Assembly (NCBI GenBank): GCA_965249275.1
Contig: CBDFLQ010000005.1
Coordinates: forward strand, 32,001 to 96,000
Length of the DNA: 64,000 bases
Source of the DNA: Dehalococcoidia bacterium
Lineage (GTDB): Bacteria > Chloroflexota > Dehalococcoidia > Plut-88900
Direction: 5' to 3'
In this document: positions 50,433-60,261 of the stretch, piece by piece
Numbering within the stretch: position 1 is the stretch's first letter
Layout of the letters: each line of letters begins with the position of its first letter
Notes under the pieces: model-generated
Database searches by the model: none
The model's input: only the letters and a program-made list of their open reading frames with translations
Told to the model about the DNA's origin: nothing
Position numbers and translations under genes: made by a program

Positions 50433-51512
50433 CTACTCGTACCACCCCGAGGCAAATATCAGCCCGTCGTGCAGCACGGCCCATGTGTGCTTCTGACGCT
50501 CGTCCCCGGTCTCCGGGTTGAGCAGTACGTAGTCCACCCAGCGCCCGGCATCCGTGACGGACAACAAGTCGTCGCCGTAGAAGTACCCCGTGGAGTCCAC
50601 GCGGGTGGCCGGGTCCCGGTTCCTGAACATCGGATTGTGGTGGCCTATCGCGTAGCCGAGTTCGTCAACTATGAAAACGTACCACTGTCCGTCCACGCTC
50701 TCTGTTGTGTTGTAGTAGGCAACAGTGGCTTGTCGCCCCAGCGCGTTGTACAGGTTTATCGCCGACTTCACAAAGCTCTGCGTGTACGCCGGGTTGTCGG
50801 CCTTCATGGGCCCCGCCTCATACCACCCCGACCCAAAGGTCAGCCCGTCATACTCCACCATCCATGAATGCTTAACCTCTACCCCGCCCGTGGCAGGATT
50901 CGGGAACGTGTAGTTGAACCATTCGCCGTCCTCGTCCGCTACTGCCACTACCGCGTCACCGGCCGGATAGTTGTTCGGCCCGACAGCTGCCGAGACGGGA
51001 CGTCCTATGAGGTCAGCGTTGGCGCCATGAGCAATCATCGTCTCCTCTGCGTCGGCTATGAACATGTACCACTGCCCGTCGACGCTCTCCGGCGTGTTGT
51101 AGTGGGCGATGGTCGCTTCCAGCCCTTCAACCTTGTATTTCTCAATTGCTTGCTTCACGAACCACTGGGTGTACTCCTCGACTTCGTACTTCGCAGGCAC
51201 GGGCTCCGGAACAGCCTCCCCCAAGCCCTCAGCAAAGCCCGCCCCGAACAGATCAAAGAAGCCCATTAGGGCATCCTCATCAATATCCATGGGGACAGCT
51301 TCTACCTGGGGCCCCGGAGGCCCGGCGGGGCCTTGGGATCCGGGCGGGCCCGCGAGTCCCGTCGGTCCTGCAGGTCCGGGCGGCCCCGCAGGACCCGGAG
51401 GCCCGGCGCGCCCCTGTTCCCCCTCAGGCCCGACATCCCCCTGGCACGCCACCGTCCCCAGTACAAGAGCTATAAGCAATATTGCCGTTATAAGAAGACG
51501 CATCTGTACCAT
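50433..51512 (-). CDS. Lipoprotein with collagen-like stalk and tandem Cache-like domains
   Basis: Lipobox TVAC, about 15 Gly-X-Y triplets, two copies of YTQ.FV..AI..Y...[10 protein letters not shown]...NP.TG...KH.W...DGL.F.SGWYE. Confidence 0.8.
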   Translation of the reverse strand: MVQMRLLITAILLIALVLGTVACQGDVGPEGEQGRAGPPGPAGPPGPAGPTGLAGPPGSQGPAGPPGPQVEAVPMDIDEDALMGFFDLFGAGFAEGLGEAVPEPVPAKYEVEEYTQWFVKQAIEKYKVEGLEATIAHYNTPESVDGQWYMFIADAEETMIAHGANADLIGRPVSAAVGPNNYPAGDAVVAVADEDGEWFNYTFPNPATGGVEVKHSWMVEYDGLTFGSGWYEAGPMKADNPAYTQSFVKSAINLYNALGRQATVAYYNTTESVDGQWYVFIVDELGYAIGHHNPMFRNRDPATRVDSTGYFYGDDLLSVTDAGRWVDYVLLNPETGDERQKHTWAVLHDGLIFASGWYE

Positions 51513-51800
51513 CTCCCGTAATTTGAATTGCCGTCAGTGCCTATCCCGACTCCTTAGTCGGGACTACCAGCACCTCCGCTGAGCGTGCGGTAGGTTATCA
51601 CAATCCAGGGACATCGTTAATCGCTGTAGCCGGCCAGTCACCACGACCTTCCTCACCACCCGACAAATTGGCCTCCCGCATTCAACGGTATAATCTAATT
51701 GAAAATAGAGAAATCTCCAGGAAATCTGACCTGTCTAACCCGCTCGTTGGGGGCATTTGAAGGCCGAGGATTTGCAGCTAAGTGAAAAGCAGGTGACACA

Positions 51801-52658
51801 ATGGCCTTAATTCCTCCTTCCTTTATGAACTCGGTTGTTGCCTTGGGAATGCAGGCCCAGGACAAACAAGTTCGATTTATGGGGACCGGGTTCATGTACG
51901 GGTATCCCACCCAGGCTACAGACCAAAACGGTATGCCCACATACTGGACTTTTCTTGTAACCAATCGACACGTGTACACCAAGGCGCGTGACCGTGGCAC
52001 GACGATGCATGCGCGCTTCAACAGGCCCATGGGCGCCGTTTCCCATACTTACCCGATACTATTGAAAGAGCCCGACGGTTCTACGTCCTGGACAATTCAC
52101 CAGGAGGCGGACGTGGCGGTTCTTCCCGTCAATGCCGACCGGCTGCGGGCAGACGGCATCGAGTTCTTTTTCTTCGCCGCCGGTGAGCACACTTACACCC
52201 GGGATGAACTGCGTGCAATCGATGTGAGCGAAGGCGATGGGGTCTTTGTCTTGGGCTTTCCCCTGGGGGAAGCAGGCGATGAACGGAACTACGCTATCGT
52301 GCGCCAGGGAATCTTCGCCCGGGCCCAGGACTGGATTAAGGGCAATGCACAAACATTCCTGATAGACGCTTCCATCTATCCCGGCAACAGTGGAGGCCCG
52401 GTCGTCCTCAAGCCCGAGACCCTCACTATTGAGGGAACAAAACCTAACTGCAGGTCTGGGCTGATCGGCATGGTCTCCGCCTATATCCCTTATCAGGAAA
52501 TCGCAGTCAGTACCCAGACCGACCGACCGAGAATGATATTCGAAGAGAACTCCGGCCTGGGCGTCGTGGTCCCCCATGACGCCATAACCGAGACCATAAA
52601 GGCGGCAGTCGGCAAACTGAACAAAGACCAGACCACCGGAACCAGCGCGCTCACATAA
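51801..52658 (+). CDS. Trypsin-like serine protease, no signal peptide
   Basis: LVTNRHV (His), DVAV (Asp), PGNSGGPV (Ser). Confidence 0.9.
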   Translation: MALIPPSFMNSVVALGMQAQDKQVRFMGTGFMYGYPTQATDQNGMPTYWTFLVTNRHVYTKARDRGTTMHARFNRPMGAVSHTYPILLKEPDGSTSWTIHQEADVAVLPVNADRLRADGIEFFFFAAGEHTYTRDELRAIDVSEGDGVFVLGFPLGEAGDERNYAIVRQGIFARAQDWIKGNAQTFLIDASIYPGNSGGPVVLKPETLTIEGTKPNCRSGLIGMVSAYIPYQEIAVSTQTDRPRMIFEENSGLGVVVPHDAITETIKAAVGKLNKDQTTGTSALT

Positions 52659-52667
52659 TGGGAGGTA

Positions 52668-53066
52668 GTGCGACTAATGGCGATGAAACGGGCCTTCATT
52701 AGTTTTGACTTCGATCACGATGAGGAACTCCGAGATGCCTTAGTAGGGCAATCAAAGAATCCTGTGTCCCCATTTAGAATCGCGGATTGGTCGGTCAAAG
52801 AGGCGTTCACAGGCAATTGGAAAGCAAAGGTGCGTGATCGCATACGCAGGACAGACCTCACAATAGTTATTTGTGGAGAATTTACCCGTGACGCCAAGGG
52901 GATTGCGGCAGAATTGACCATCACCAGAGAAGAGGGAAAGCCTTATTTCCTGCTTTGGGGTCGCCCTAAGAGCACTTGCACTAAGCCAGCAATGGCTCTG
53001 AGCTCAGATAAAATATATAAATGGACTTGGCCTAATTTGCAAGAGCTGATTGCTGGACAAAAGTAG
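52668..53066 (+). CDS. Stand-alone TIR-like domain protein (MTH538/DUF1863, ThsB-like)
   Basis: RAFISFDFDHD, DWSVKE, IVICGE.T...GIAAEL (putative catalytic Glu), WTW.NL; ATG probably 52677 or 52683. Confidence 0.85.
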   Translation: MRLMAMKRAFISFDFDHDEELRDALVGQSKNPVSPFRIADWSVKEAFTGNWKAKVRDRIRRTDLTIVICGEFTRDAKGIAAELTITREEGKPYFLLWGRPKSTCTKPAMALSSDKIYKWTWPNLQELIAGQK

Positions 53067-53583
53067 CTGCATGCCCTGCAATGCTGACAATGGCCTAGTT
53101 CGTCACACAAAAGCGACCTACGGAGATTCGTTTAAGCCAGATTTGCTGGAGCAGTACAAGTTGTATGTGCAGTCAGCTGAGAATGTTAGTGCACGGCGTG
53201 TCGCATCAAGCCGTTACTTGCTGACGATTAACGCTTCTCTAATTGCTTTGTACGGACTTCAGTCCGCAGGATTCGGGCAGAGTTACTGGACATTACTGGT
53301 TCCTGCAATAGGAATTCCTATCTCCATACTCTGGTATCTGATCATCAAGTCTCATGCCAACCTAAATCGCGTGAAATTCCACGTGATCCACGAGTTAGAG
53401 CAACATTTGCCGGCGGAAATGTACAAATATGAATGGCACTTGGCTGAGGAAGGGAAAGGCAAGGCCTATCGGGCCGTGACAACCATAGAACAATGGGTGC
53501 CTATTCTATTCACTTTACTGCACGTCGCTCTGACTATCATGATAAGTCTCGCAATCACTCGTGTCATAGATTGGACGCAGTGA
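53050..53583 (+). CDS. Small 3-TM membrane protein, putative effector
   Basis: EQYKLYV.SAE.VS.RR...YLLTIN, W..II.S..LN.VKF.VI.ELE..LP, IEQWVP; overlaps the TIR gene. Confidence 0.75.
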   Translation: MLDKSSCMPCNADNGLVRHTKATYGDSFKPDLLEQYKLYVQSAENVSARRVASSRYLLTINASLIALYGLQSAGFGQSYWTLLVPAIGIPISILWYLIIKSHANLNRVKFHVIHELEQHLPAEMYKYEWHLAEEGKGKAYRAVTTIEQWVPILFTLLHVALTIMISLAITRVIDWTQ

Positions 53584-53824
53584 CCGCATCACTAGGGCCA
53601 GCATGGAGCGGGCGACCTTAGCCCGTCTATCGGACTCGTACAACGATGAGGATTTGGCCCAGATCTGCCGTCGCTTGTACACTTGTCACCCACCTCCCAG
53701 CCCTTCCCCTCGAGATAACGAGCCACCCTCCACCCCACCCCACCCCCCTTGCCCCCTCATCCACAAATCCTTCATAATCCGGCCATCGGGATCCTGACGC
53801 TGCAGTAGCTCAAGGAGGTCGTGC

Positions 53825-54325
53825 ATGGGTGCTTTGAAGAGTTATGTAGTCCGAGTGGGTTCTTTAGAGCTCGGGATAGTCATCTTCTGGATGCTTTTCT
53901 GGCTCGCCAACGGATTAGCCAAGGTGATTCCCGGCGTCCATATCGGCGTGAAATTCGCCGAGAAGGGCGACACAAACTTCTTCACCGTCACCCTGGACAA
54001 GATGGGTTGGGGCACGAGTCTCGGCGAGTTTGCCTTCTACTTCACGGCGGCCTTTGAACTGCTCGTCGGGGTAATCTTCTTATGGGCCTTGATACAGTTC
54101 TTCATGCGAACCGGTTCGGCAGCGCGTCAGCCGTGGATACTGCTGGGGCTCTTCATCAGCGCCATCATATTCACCGTATTCGCCTTCTCGAACGTCGTTA
54201 CGGCGACCAGCCCGGATGTCCTTTTCTCGCACACGGCCTACTTCGCCTCCGTTGGCGTATCGTGGCTGGTGATCGTCGGCCAGAGCATGTGGATGCGCTC
54301 AAACGGGAACGGCGAAAGCAACTAG
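53825..54325 (+). CDS. Hypothetical 4-TM membrane protein (DoxX-like topology)
   Basis: AAGGAGG RBS; four hydrophobic helices. Confidence 0.7.
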   Translation: MGALKSYVVRVGSLELGIVIFWMLFWLANGLAKVIPGVHIGVKFAEKGDTNFFTVTLDKMGWGTSLGEFAFYFTAAFELLVGVIFLWALIQFFMRTGSAARQPWILLGLFISAIIFTVFAFSNVVTATSPDVLFSHTAYFASVGVSWLVIVGQSMWMRSNGNGESN

Positions 54326-54449
54326 CCGTCGCACGGTAGGGCCTTGAGGCCCAAACGTGTCAAGAGAGGACCGTCACGTCCCTTGATGCCGCGCGGGCAG
54401 AACGGGCTCCCCCTGGAAGAAAAACGCCTCTCGCCCTCCCGAGCCCCGC

Positions 54450-55703
54450 TTAAACGAAACCCCTCAGCTGTACCGTGCGGGCCACCCGCTCCACCCCGAT
54501 ATCGAAGGCCGCCTGCCTCAGCGACATCCCGCTTTCTCCGGCCCTGTCGGCCACGCCGTGGTAGGCCGGCACGATCCGCTTGTACAGCTCTTCGTTGACC
54601 CGCTCCTCACTCCAGTCGAACTGCTGGATATTTTGCGTCCACTCGAAGTAGGAAACCGTGACGCCGCCTGCGTTTACCAGCAGGTCGGGCAATACCTGCA
54701 CTCCCCTTTCCTGCAATATCGTATCTCCTTCGGGAGTGGTGGGATGGTTGGCAGCCTCCAGGACTAACCGCACCGGGAGTCGACGCGCCTCTTCCTCTCC
54801 AATCACGTTTTCTATAGCGGCAGGAACGAAAACGTCGGCATCCATTTCCAGGACGTCGCCCGGCGCACAACGCTCACCCCCCGGGAACCCCTCCACCGAG
54901 CCATTGCCGGACACAAACTCGACCAGCTCGGGAATGTTCAAACCGGCGCTGTTGTGTACCGCACCCCGAACGTCGGCCACCGCCACGATTTTCGAGCCAG
55001 ACTCATGGGCCAGGCGGCAGAACCACGACCCCACGTTCCCGAATCCCTGGACGGTTATCCGTGCCTTGCTCAGGTCCAGCGACATGTCCTTGGCAGCTTC
55101 CTGCAACACGTACAGGGCACCGCGCCCCGTGGCCTGCTCCCTCCCCACCGACCCACCAACCTCCACCGGCTTGCCGGTCACAACCGGCAGCGTGTAGCCG
55201 TGGATCTTGCTATATTCGTCCATAATCCAGGCCATGGTGTTGGCGTTAGTGCCCAAGTCGGGAGCAGGAATGTCCCGGTAGGGGCCCAGAAGGTGTTCAA
55301 TGTTCTGAGTGTAGCGTCGGGTAACTGCATTGAGTTCCCGTTCGCTCAGGGCGTGTGGGTCAAGTTGAATGCCGCCCTTGGCCCCGCCGAAGGGCAGGTC
55401 CAGCAGTGCGGTCTTCCAGGTCATCAAAGAGGCCAGAGCCCTCACCTCGTCCTCGTCGGCCCGGGGATGGTATCGCACGCCTCCTTTGTAGGGACCCCGA
55501 GCCCCGTTGTGTTGCACACGATATCCGTGGAACACTTCAACGCGCCCATCGTCCATCCTCACCGGCAGCGATACCCTCAGGTCGCGCCACGGTTCCCGCA
55601 GCATCATGCATGTACCGGCATCCAGCCCGAGCCGCGCCGCCGCAGTCTCGAAGTGGAGCATCACGTCTTTCTGGGCGCTGCGGTGTTTAGCTTCGGCAGT
55701 CAT
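54450..55703 (-). CDS. gdhA: Glu/Leu/Phe/Val dehydrogenase (glutamate dehydrogenase)
   Basis: GPYKGGVRYHP, MTWK, GGAKGG, DIPAPD, QGFGNVG, NAGGVTVSYFEW. Confidence 0.93.
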   Translation of the reverse strand: MTAEAKHRSAQKDVMLHFETAAARLGLDAGTCMMLREPWRDLRVSLPVRMDDGRVEVFHGYRVQHNGARGPYKGGVRYHPRADEDEVRALASLMTWKTALLDLPFGGAKGGIQLDPHALSERELNAVTRRYTQNIEHLLGPYRDIPAPDLGTNANTMAWIMDEYSKIHGYTLPVVTGKPVEVGGSVGREQATGRGALYVLQEAAKDMSLDLSKARITVQGFGNVGSWFCRLAHESGSKIVAVADVRGAVHNSAGLNIPELVEFVSGNGSVEGFPGGERCAPGDVLEMDADVFVPAAIENVIGEEEARRLPVRLVLEAANHPTTPEGDTILQERGVQVLPDLLVNAGGVTVSYFEWTQNIQQFDWSEERVNEELYKRIVPAYHGVADRAGESGMSLRQAAFDIGVERVARTVQLRGFV

Positions 55704-56169
55704 AAAACCTCCGGAAAGTCCTTGTCAGGGTGCTAGGCCAGGTCTCGAGGCGGATAACCATATCCTCACGCGGGGGATGGTCGTGGGTCCCGGCAATGCG
55801 CCATCGCGTCTACACCATCATTATGCCCGAAGACAGCCCCATCCGCGGAATCACCCGACGTGGCAGCGACCCTACAGACCGCGCCACAGCCTACCAACAA
55901 CAGTGCCGGGCCTCCTAGCTCCCACCCCTCGACCTCTCGCAAGTGAGTTAAGCGCGTCCACATTCTGAACTAATCGTATACACCAGACCCCCACCCCGCG
56001 TATCCTCCTCCCGGTCAACTGGTGGGTATAAGTGGATAGTAGATCGCACCGTCTTCGAGATGTGGTTAAGCGTGACTCTGGCAGGATGCTGTCCGAGGCT
56101 CGGGGAGTCTACCTTAGCCTTGTTGGAACCGTTGGTTCGGGAGCTGCGGACGCAACTGAGGCTAGTCCA

Positions 56170-57267
56170 TCAGTTTGATGAGCCACCCAGACCTCCGCTG
56201 AAATACCACGCCTGCGAACCCAAGACTTGGGGGTGTTGACCTATCTGCTTCGACAGTTCGGCTGGGAACTCAGATTCGATGGCCTCGATTGCCTCGAAGA
56301 TCAGCGGGCGGGCGAAGTCACCTGGGGAGCCGGACAGAAGCGCCATCCACACTGATGGGTAGTAACGGGCAAGTGTTCCCAAAGCAAATGAGGTCAAGTA
56401 TAGCTTGAAGAATTCGTTGAGCTTGTCGCCGTTAGGGAAGTCCGCGATTCCATGCATCAGTGCTTGGGGCCCCTCTGTTTCATGGAACAGTGGAAACTTG
56501 GACTGATGAGCAGAGCTGGCTTCATGGCGAAATACCAATCCCTGCTGAGGGATTGGAAGTGTGAGATTTGGCCATCCTTTGGGCATTGGTTGAATGGTAA
56601 CGGACCGTTGATCGACCAGTTTCAGAACCTCGTCTGGCGGCTTTGTAAACAGGAGGAAATGGGTTTCCGCCGCATAGGTGGTAACGATCGTCAGGAACCA
56701 CTTTGGGTCTCTGCCGGTTACTCCCTGAAATGAGTGCATGGTCTGTTTGAGTCGAGAGAGCAAATCGCCCAAGGTCAGGAGTCCCCCGGTCGTGCAAAAC
56801 TTGATATCGCCGAGGTCGTGCTGAAGTACTGCCTTTGACTTTGATTGGTGGCTGAAGTATTCCGTATGGTGCACATTGGGAATTGCTTCTACCAACTCAA
56901 GAAACGTGCCACGCTCGGCTTGAATTCCCAAGTCAAGAATATTTTTGATCCCACCACTCATAGTGCCTCGCCAGCCCACCTCTTTCACTCCGTGCGCCTG
57001 CGCCAGTGATTCTGATTTCTTGCTGGCATTCCTCAGGAGGATCGCCCCCCTGGACAAGGACAGCACCCCGTAGTAGAGGAGGAGCGGTTTGACGCTCATA
57101 TCCGATGAGGATGCGCTCTTGAAGTATTCCCGTCCCTGGATGAAGAAGGCGTTAATTTGCCTTGTCTTGGCGGTGTTCATCTCCCTCTGGTGGGTCTGCT
57201 GATACCACGACCTCGCCAGGTCGTATGATTCGAACCGGGAGATGTTGTGCCATTCTTGGTTGGTCAA
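56170..57267 (-). CDS. YaaC-like family protein
   Basis: QGREYF..A.....KPLLLYYG...HG; F.LGTLARYYP..W. Confidence 0.75.
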   Translation of the reverse strand: MTNQEWHNISRFESYDLARSWYQQTHQREMNTAKTRQINAFFIQGREYFKSASSSDMSVKPLLLYYGVLSLSRGAILLRNASKKSESLAQAHGVKEVGWRGTMSGGIKNILDLGIQAERGTFLELVEAIPNVHHTEYFSHQSKSKAVLQHDLGDIKFCTTGGLLTLGDLLSRLKQTMHSFQGVTGRDPKWFLTIVTTYAAETHFLLFTKPPDEVLKLVDQRSVTIQPMPKGWPNLTLPIPQQGLVFRHEASSAHQSKFPLFHETEGPQALMHGIADFPNGDKLNEFFKLYLTSFALGTLARYYPSVWMALLSGSPGDFARPLIFEAIEAIESEFPAELSKQIGQHPQVLGSQAWYFSGGLGGSSN

Positions 57268-57583
57268 AGATTACCCCTCCTTTCGCTTGACGGGATGGAA
57301 ACTGAGCAGGCGAGACGAATTCAGTCTCCTTGAGCCAGATAATGTGAGCTTACCTGCATTGTACTGCGAACTTTCATCCCGATTAGCCAACACACACCAT
57401 ATGTTGCGGTACTCTTGGAATCCAGCCCTTAACCCCCCCACCCCCCACCCCTCCCTGTTGTCTTCTCAACATCCCAGACTTATTCTGTCGTGCATGAGCC
57501 GGCCATCGATAGTCCTCCCGCCCGAGCTACAAACGTGCACTGCACCAACGACCCCGTGCCATTGCCCACCTGGATAAAGGAGC

Positions 57584-58351
57584 TTGCAAATGACCGATGT
57601 CTTTAGGGATAAAGTGGCACTTGTTACAGGTGGCAGCTCCGGTATTGGCCGAGCCACGAGCCTCGCTTTCGCCCGCCAAGGGGCCCGCGTAGCGATTGCA
57701 GACCGGGAGCCGACCGGCGCTGCAGAGACGGCTCGCATGATAGAAGATATCGGAGGCAGCGCCACAGTGTTCGAGCTCGACGTCACCAAGGCGGATCAAG
57801 TAGCCTCGGTTATAGACAGAGTAGTGCAGACCTACGGCAGGCTGGACTGCGCTTTCAACAACGCCGGTATCGGCGGTAAGGTCGCCAAAACTGCCGACTA
57901 CCCTGAGGAAGAATGGGACCGGATAATTAACGTCAACCTGAAGGGCGTCTGGCTTTGTATGAAATACGAGATTCCCGTTATGGAGAAGCAGGGCGCTGGC
58001 GCGATAGTAAACACGGCCTCCATCTACGGGCTGGCAGGCGCGGCAGGCTACATAGCCTACAACGCCGCCAAACACGGGGTTGTCGGGATCACCAGGACCG
58101 CGGCGTTGGAGTATGCAACAGCCGGTATACGAATCAACGCAGTCTGTCCCGGCTACATCCGCACACCGATGACCCAGCCTGGCATCGACGCCAATCCCGA
58201 GTTCGAGCGAAAGATGGTCTCCCAGACCCCCATGGGAAGAATGGGTATGCCCGAGGAGATCGCCGAGGCCGTCGTCTGGCTATGCTCAGACGCAGCGTCC
58301 TTCGTCACCGGCCACGCCATGACCCCAGACGGCGGCTACATGGCCCAGTAG
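57584..58351 (+). CDS. SDR family oxidoreductase
   Basis: TGGSSGIG, NNAG, YNAAK, NAVCPG. Confidence 0.95.
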   Translation: MQMTDVFRDKVALVTGGSSGIGRATSLAFARQGARVAIADREPTGAAETARMIEDIGGSATVFELDVTKADQVASVIDRVVQTYGRLDCAFNNAGIGGKVAKTADYPEEEWDRIINVNLKGVWLCMKYEIPVMEKQGAGAIVNTASIYGLAGAAGYIAYNAAKHGVVGITRTAALEYATAGIRINAVCPGYIRTPMTQPGIDANPEFERKMVSQTPMGRMGMPEEIAEAVVWLCSDAASFVTGHAMTPDGGYMAQ

Positions 58352-58414
58352 CTCGGCCATCGATCATCCCCGAATCCCTCCCACTGACCCATTCTTGCCT
58401 TCCCGACGCCCCAG

Positions 58415-60046
58415 GTGCTAACTTCCTCCCGTCGCGTTTCACCTATGCCTGGAGGAGGTGGCCCCTTGTTGGACATCTTGATCAAGAACGGCCTGGTGGT
58501 CGATGGTACGGGCAACCCGGGATTCTACGCCGGAGTGGGCATTCAGGGTGAGACCGTTGTCATACTCCGGGGAGACTACTCGCATATCGAGGCCACCCGG
58601 GTCATCGACGCCGCCGGCAAGGTGGTCTGCCCAGGGTTTATCGACATGCACGCCCACACCGGTCTCGTGATTCTGGCCGAGCCCGAGCACCATCCCAAGG
58701 TCCGACAGGGCATCACCACCGAGCTCGTGGGTGTCGACGGCAACTCCTACGCTCCCTTCACCTCCCACGATGACTTTCTGGACTTCGTCGAGCTGAACTC
58801 GGGCTTGGACGGGTCGCCACCCCTCCCCGGCCGCTGGTCGACGGTGGCGGAGTACCTGTCCATGTTCGACAACAAGGTGGCCGTGAACATCGCCTACGTC
58901 ATCGGCAACTCCCCCATCCGGATCTGCGCCATGGGCTGGGACGACAAACCCGCCACCGACGCCGATCTCGCCAATATGAAAGCGATGATGCGCGAAGGCC
59001 TGGAGGAGGGCGCCTTCGGCCTGTCCACCGGCCTCGACTATCCCCCCGGAAGCTACGCCGACACCGATGAACTGGTCAGCCTCGCACGGGAGGCCGCCCG
59101 GCTGGGTGGCATCTATCACACCCACCTGCGCAACACCCTCGGCGATCGGTTTCTGGACCCGGTTAAAGAGGCGCTGGAGATCGGCCAAAGAGGGGGCCTC
59201 CCTTGCCACCTCACCCACTTCTATCAGCGGATCACCCATCCGGGAAGCGCCCGTCAGCTCCTGGACCTGGTGGAGGGGTCCGTCGACGGCGGGCAGGACG
59301 TGACCATGGACTGTTATCCCTACGAGTACAGCAGCACCCGGGCGTTGATCCTGATTCCCCAGTGGGCCCACAACGGAGGCCCGAGAAAGCTGAAGGAGGT
59401 CCTGCGTTCAGAGGAAGGCCGGGAGCGCCTGCGGGACGAGGTCCGTGCTCGGGGCACCGGGTCTTGGAACGACATCTGGCTGACCTACTTCAAGCATCCC
59501 CACAATCAGAGGTTTGAGGGACGCTCCGTCGCCGAGATTGCTGAGATGATGGGCAAAAGCGAGGTCGACGCCCTATGCGACCTCCTCCTCGACGAAGACC
59601 TTCAGACTTCCTACGTGTCCCCTGGGCCGAACCTGTCTACCCTGTCCGACTTCATGACCCATCCTCTCACCATGGTCGGCACCGACGCCCTTCTCCTCGG
59701 CGACTACCCCAGCCCGAGGACCTACGGCACCTACCCGACCATCCTCTCCCACTACGTCCGCGACGAAGGCTCCATCACCCTGGAGGAGGCGGTCAGGAAG
59801 ATGACGTCCTTCGCAGCCCTGCGCCTGGGCATACCGGACCGAGGCATGCTCCTCGACAACATGAAGGCCGACGTCGTCATCTTCGACCCGGCCACCGTAA
59901 AGTCTCCGTCCACCCGCCACCGGCCAAAGCAATACCCCACGGGCATCGAGCACGTCCTGGTAAACGGCCGGCTGGTAGTAGACGACGGCGACCACACCGG
60001 CGCCCTCCCAGGCCGAGCCATCCGCCGCGGCCGCCCCTCCACCTGA
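58415..60046 (+). CDS. N-acyl-D-amino-acid deacylase family amidohydrolase
   Basis: PGFIDMHAH, GLSTGLDYPPG, PRTYGTYP, EAVRKMT; true start probably near 58447-58470. Confidence 0.9.
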   Translation: MLTSSRRVSPMPGGGGPLLDILIKNGLVVDGTGNPGFYAGVGIQGETVVILRGDYSHIEATRVIDAAGKVVCPGFIDMHAHTGLVILAEPEHHPKVRQGITTELVGVDGNSYAPFTSHDDFLDFVELNSGLDGSPPLPGRWSTVAEYLSMFDNKVAVNIAYVIGNSPIRICAMGWDDKPATDADLANMKAMMREGLEEGAFGLSTGLDYPPGSYADTDELVSLAREAARLGGIYHTHLRNTLGDRFLDPVKEALEIGQRGGLPCHLTHFYQRITHPGSARQLLDLVEGSVDGGQDVTMDCYPYEYSSTRALILIPQWAHNGGPRKLKEVLRSEEGRERLRDEVRARGTGSWNDIWLTYFKHPHNQRFEGRSVAEIAEMMGKSEVDALCDLLLDEDLQTSYVSPGPNLSTLSDFMTHPLTMVGTDALLLGDYPSPRTYGTYPTILSHYVRDEGSITLEEAVRKMTSFAALRLGIPDRGMLLDNMKADVVIFDPATVKSPSTRHRPKQYPTGIEHVLVNGRLVVDDGDHTGALPGRAIRRGRPST

Positions 60047-60261
60047 CCTTGGCGGGGCAGTTACCTCGGCCATCCCCGACCGCACCACCCTTCCACTGCG
60101 GCAGACTGCGCTCCCTTCGCTCCTTCTTGCTCGTCATGCCTCACCTCCCACCGCGGGATAGGCGGCGGGAACCGGAGCTCACAAGGGAAAGCGACTCAGC
60201 TTCCTTACCTATCGATGCTGTATTATAGTCTCGAAGATTCTCCCTGCCAGAAGGATGCGAT

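Noticed and set aside
51520-51640. Hairpin-rich leader of the Cache lipoprotein as a riboswitch
   Set aside because: A TCCCGACT/AGTCGGGA stem is present but I recognise no riboswitch consensus; an Rfam/Infernal scan would be needed
55820-56165. Short ORF MPEDSPIRGITRRGS and adjacent DNA as a gene remnant
   Set aside because: No recognisable homology from inspection alone
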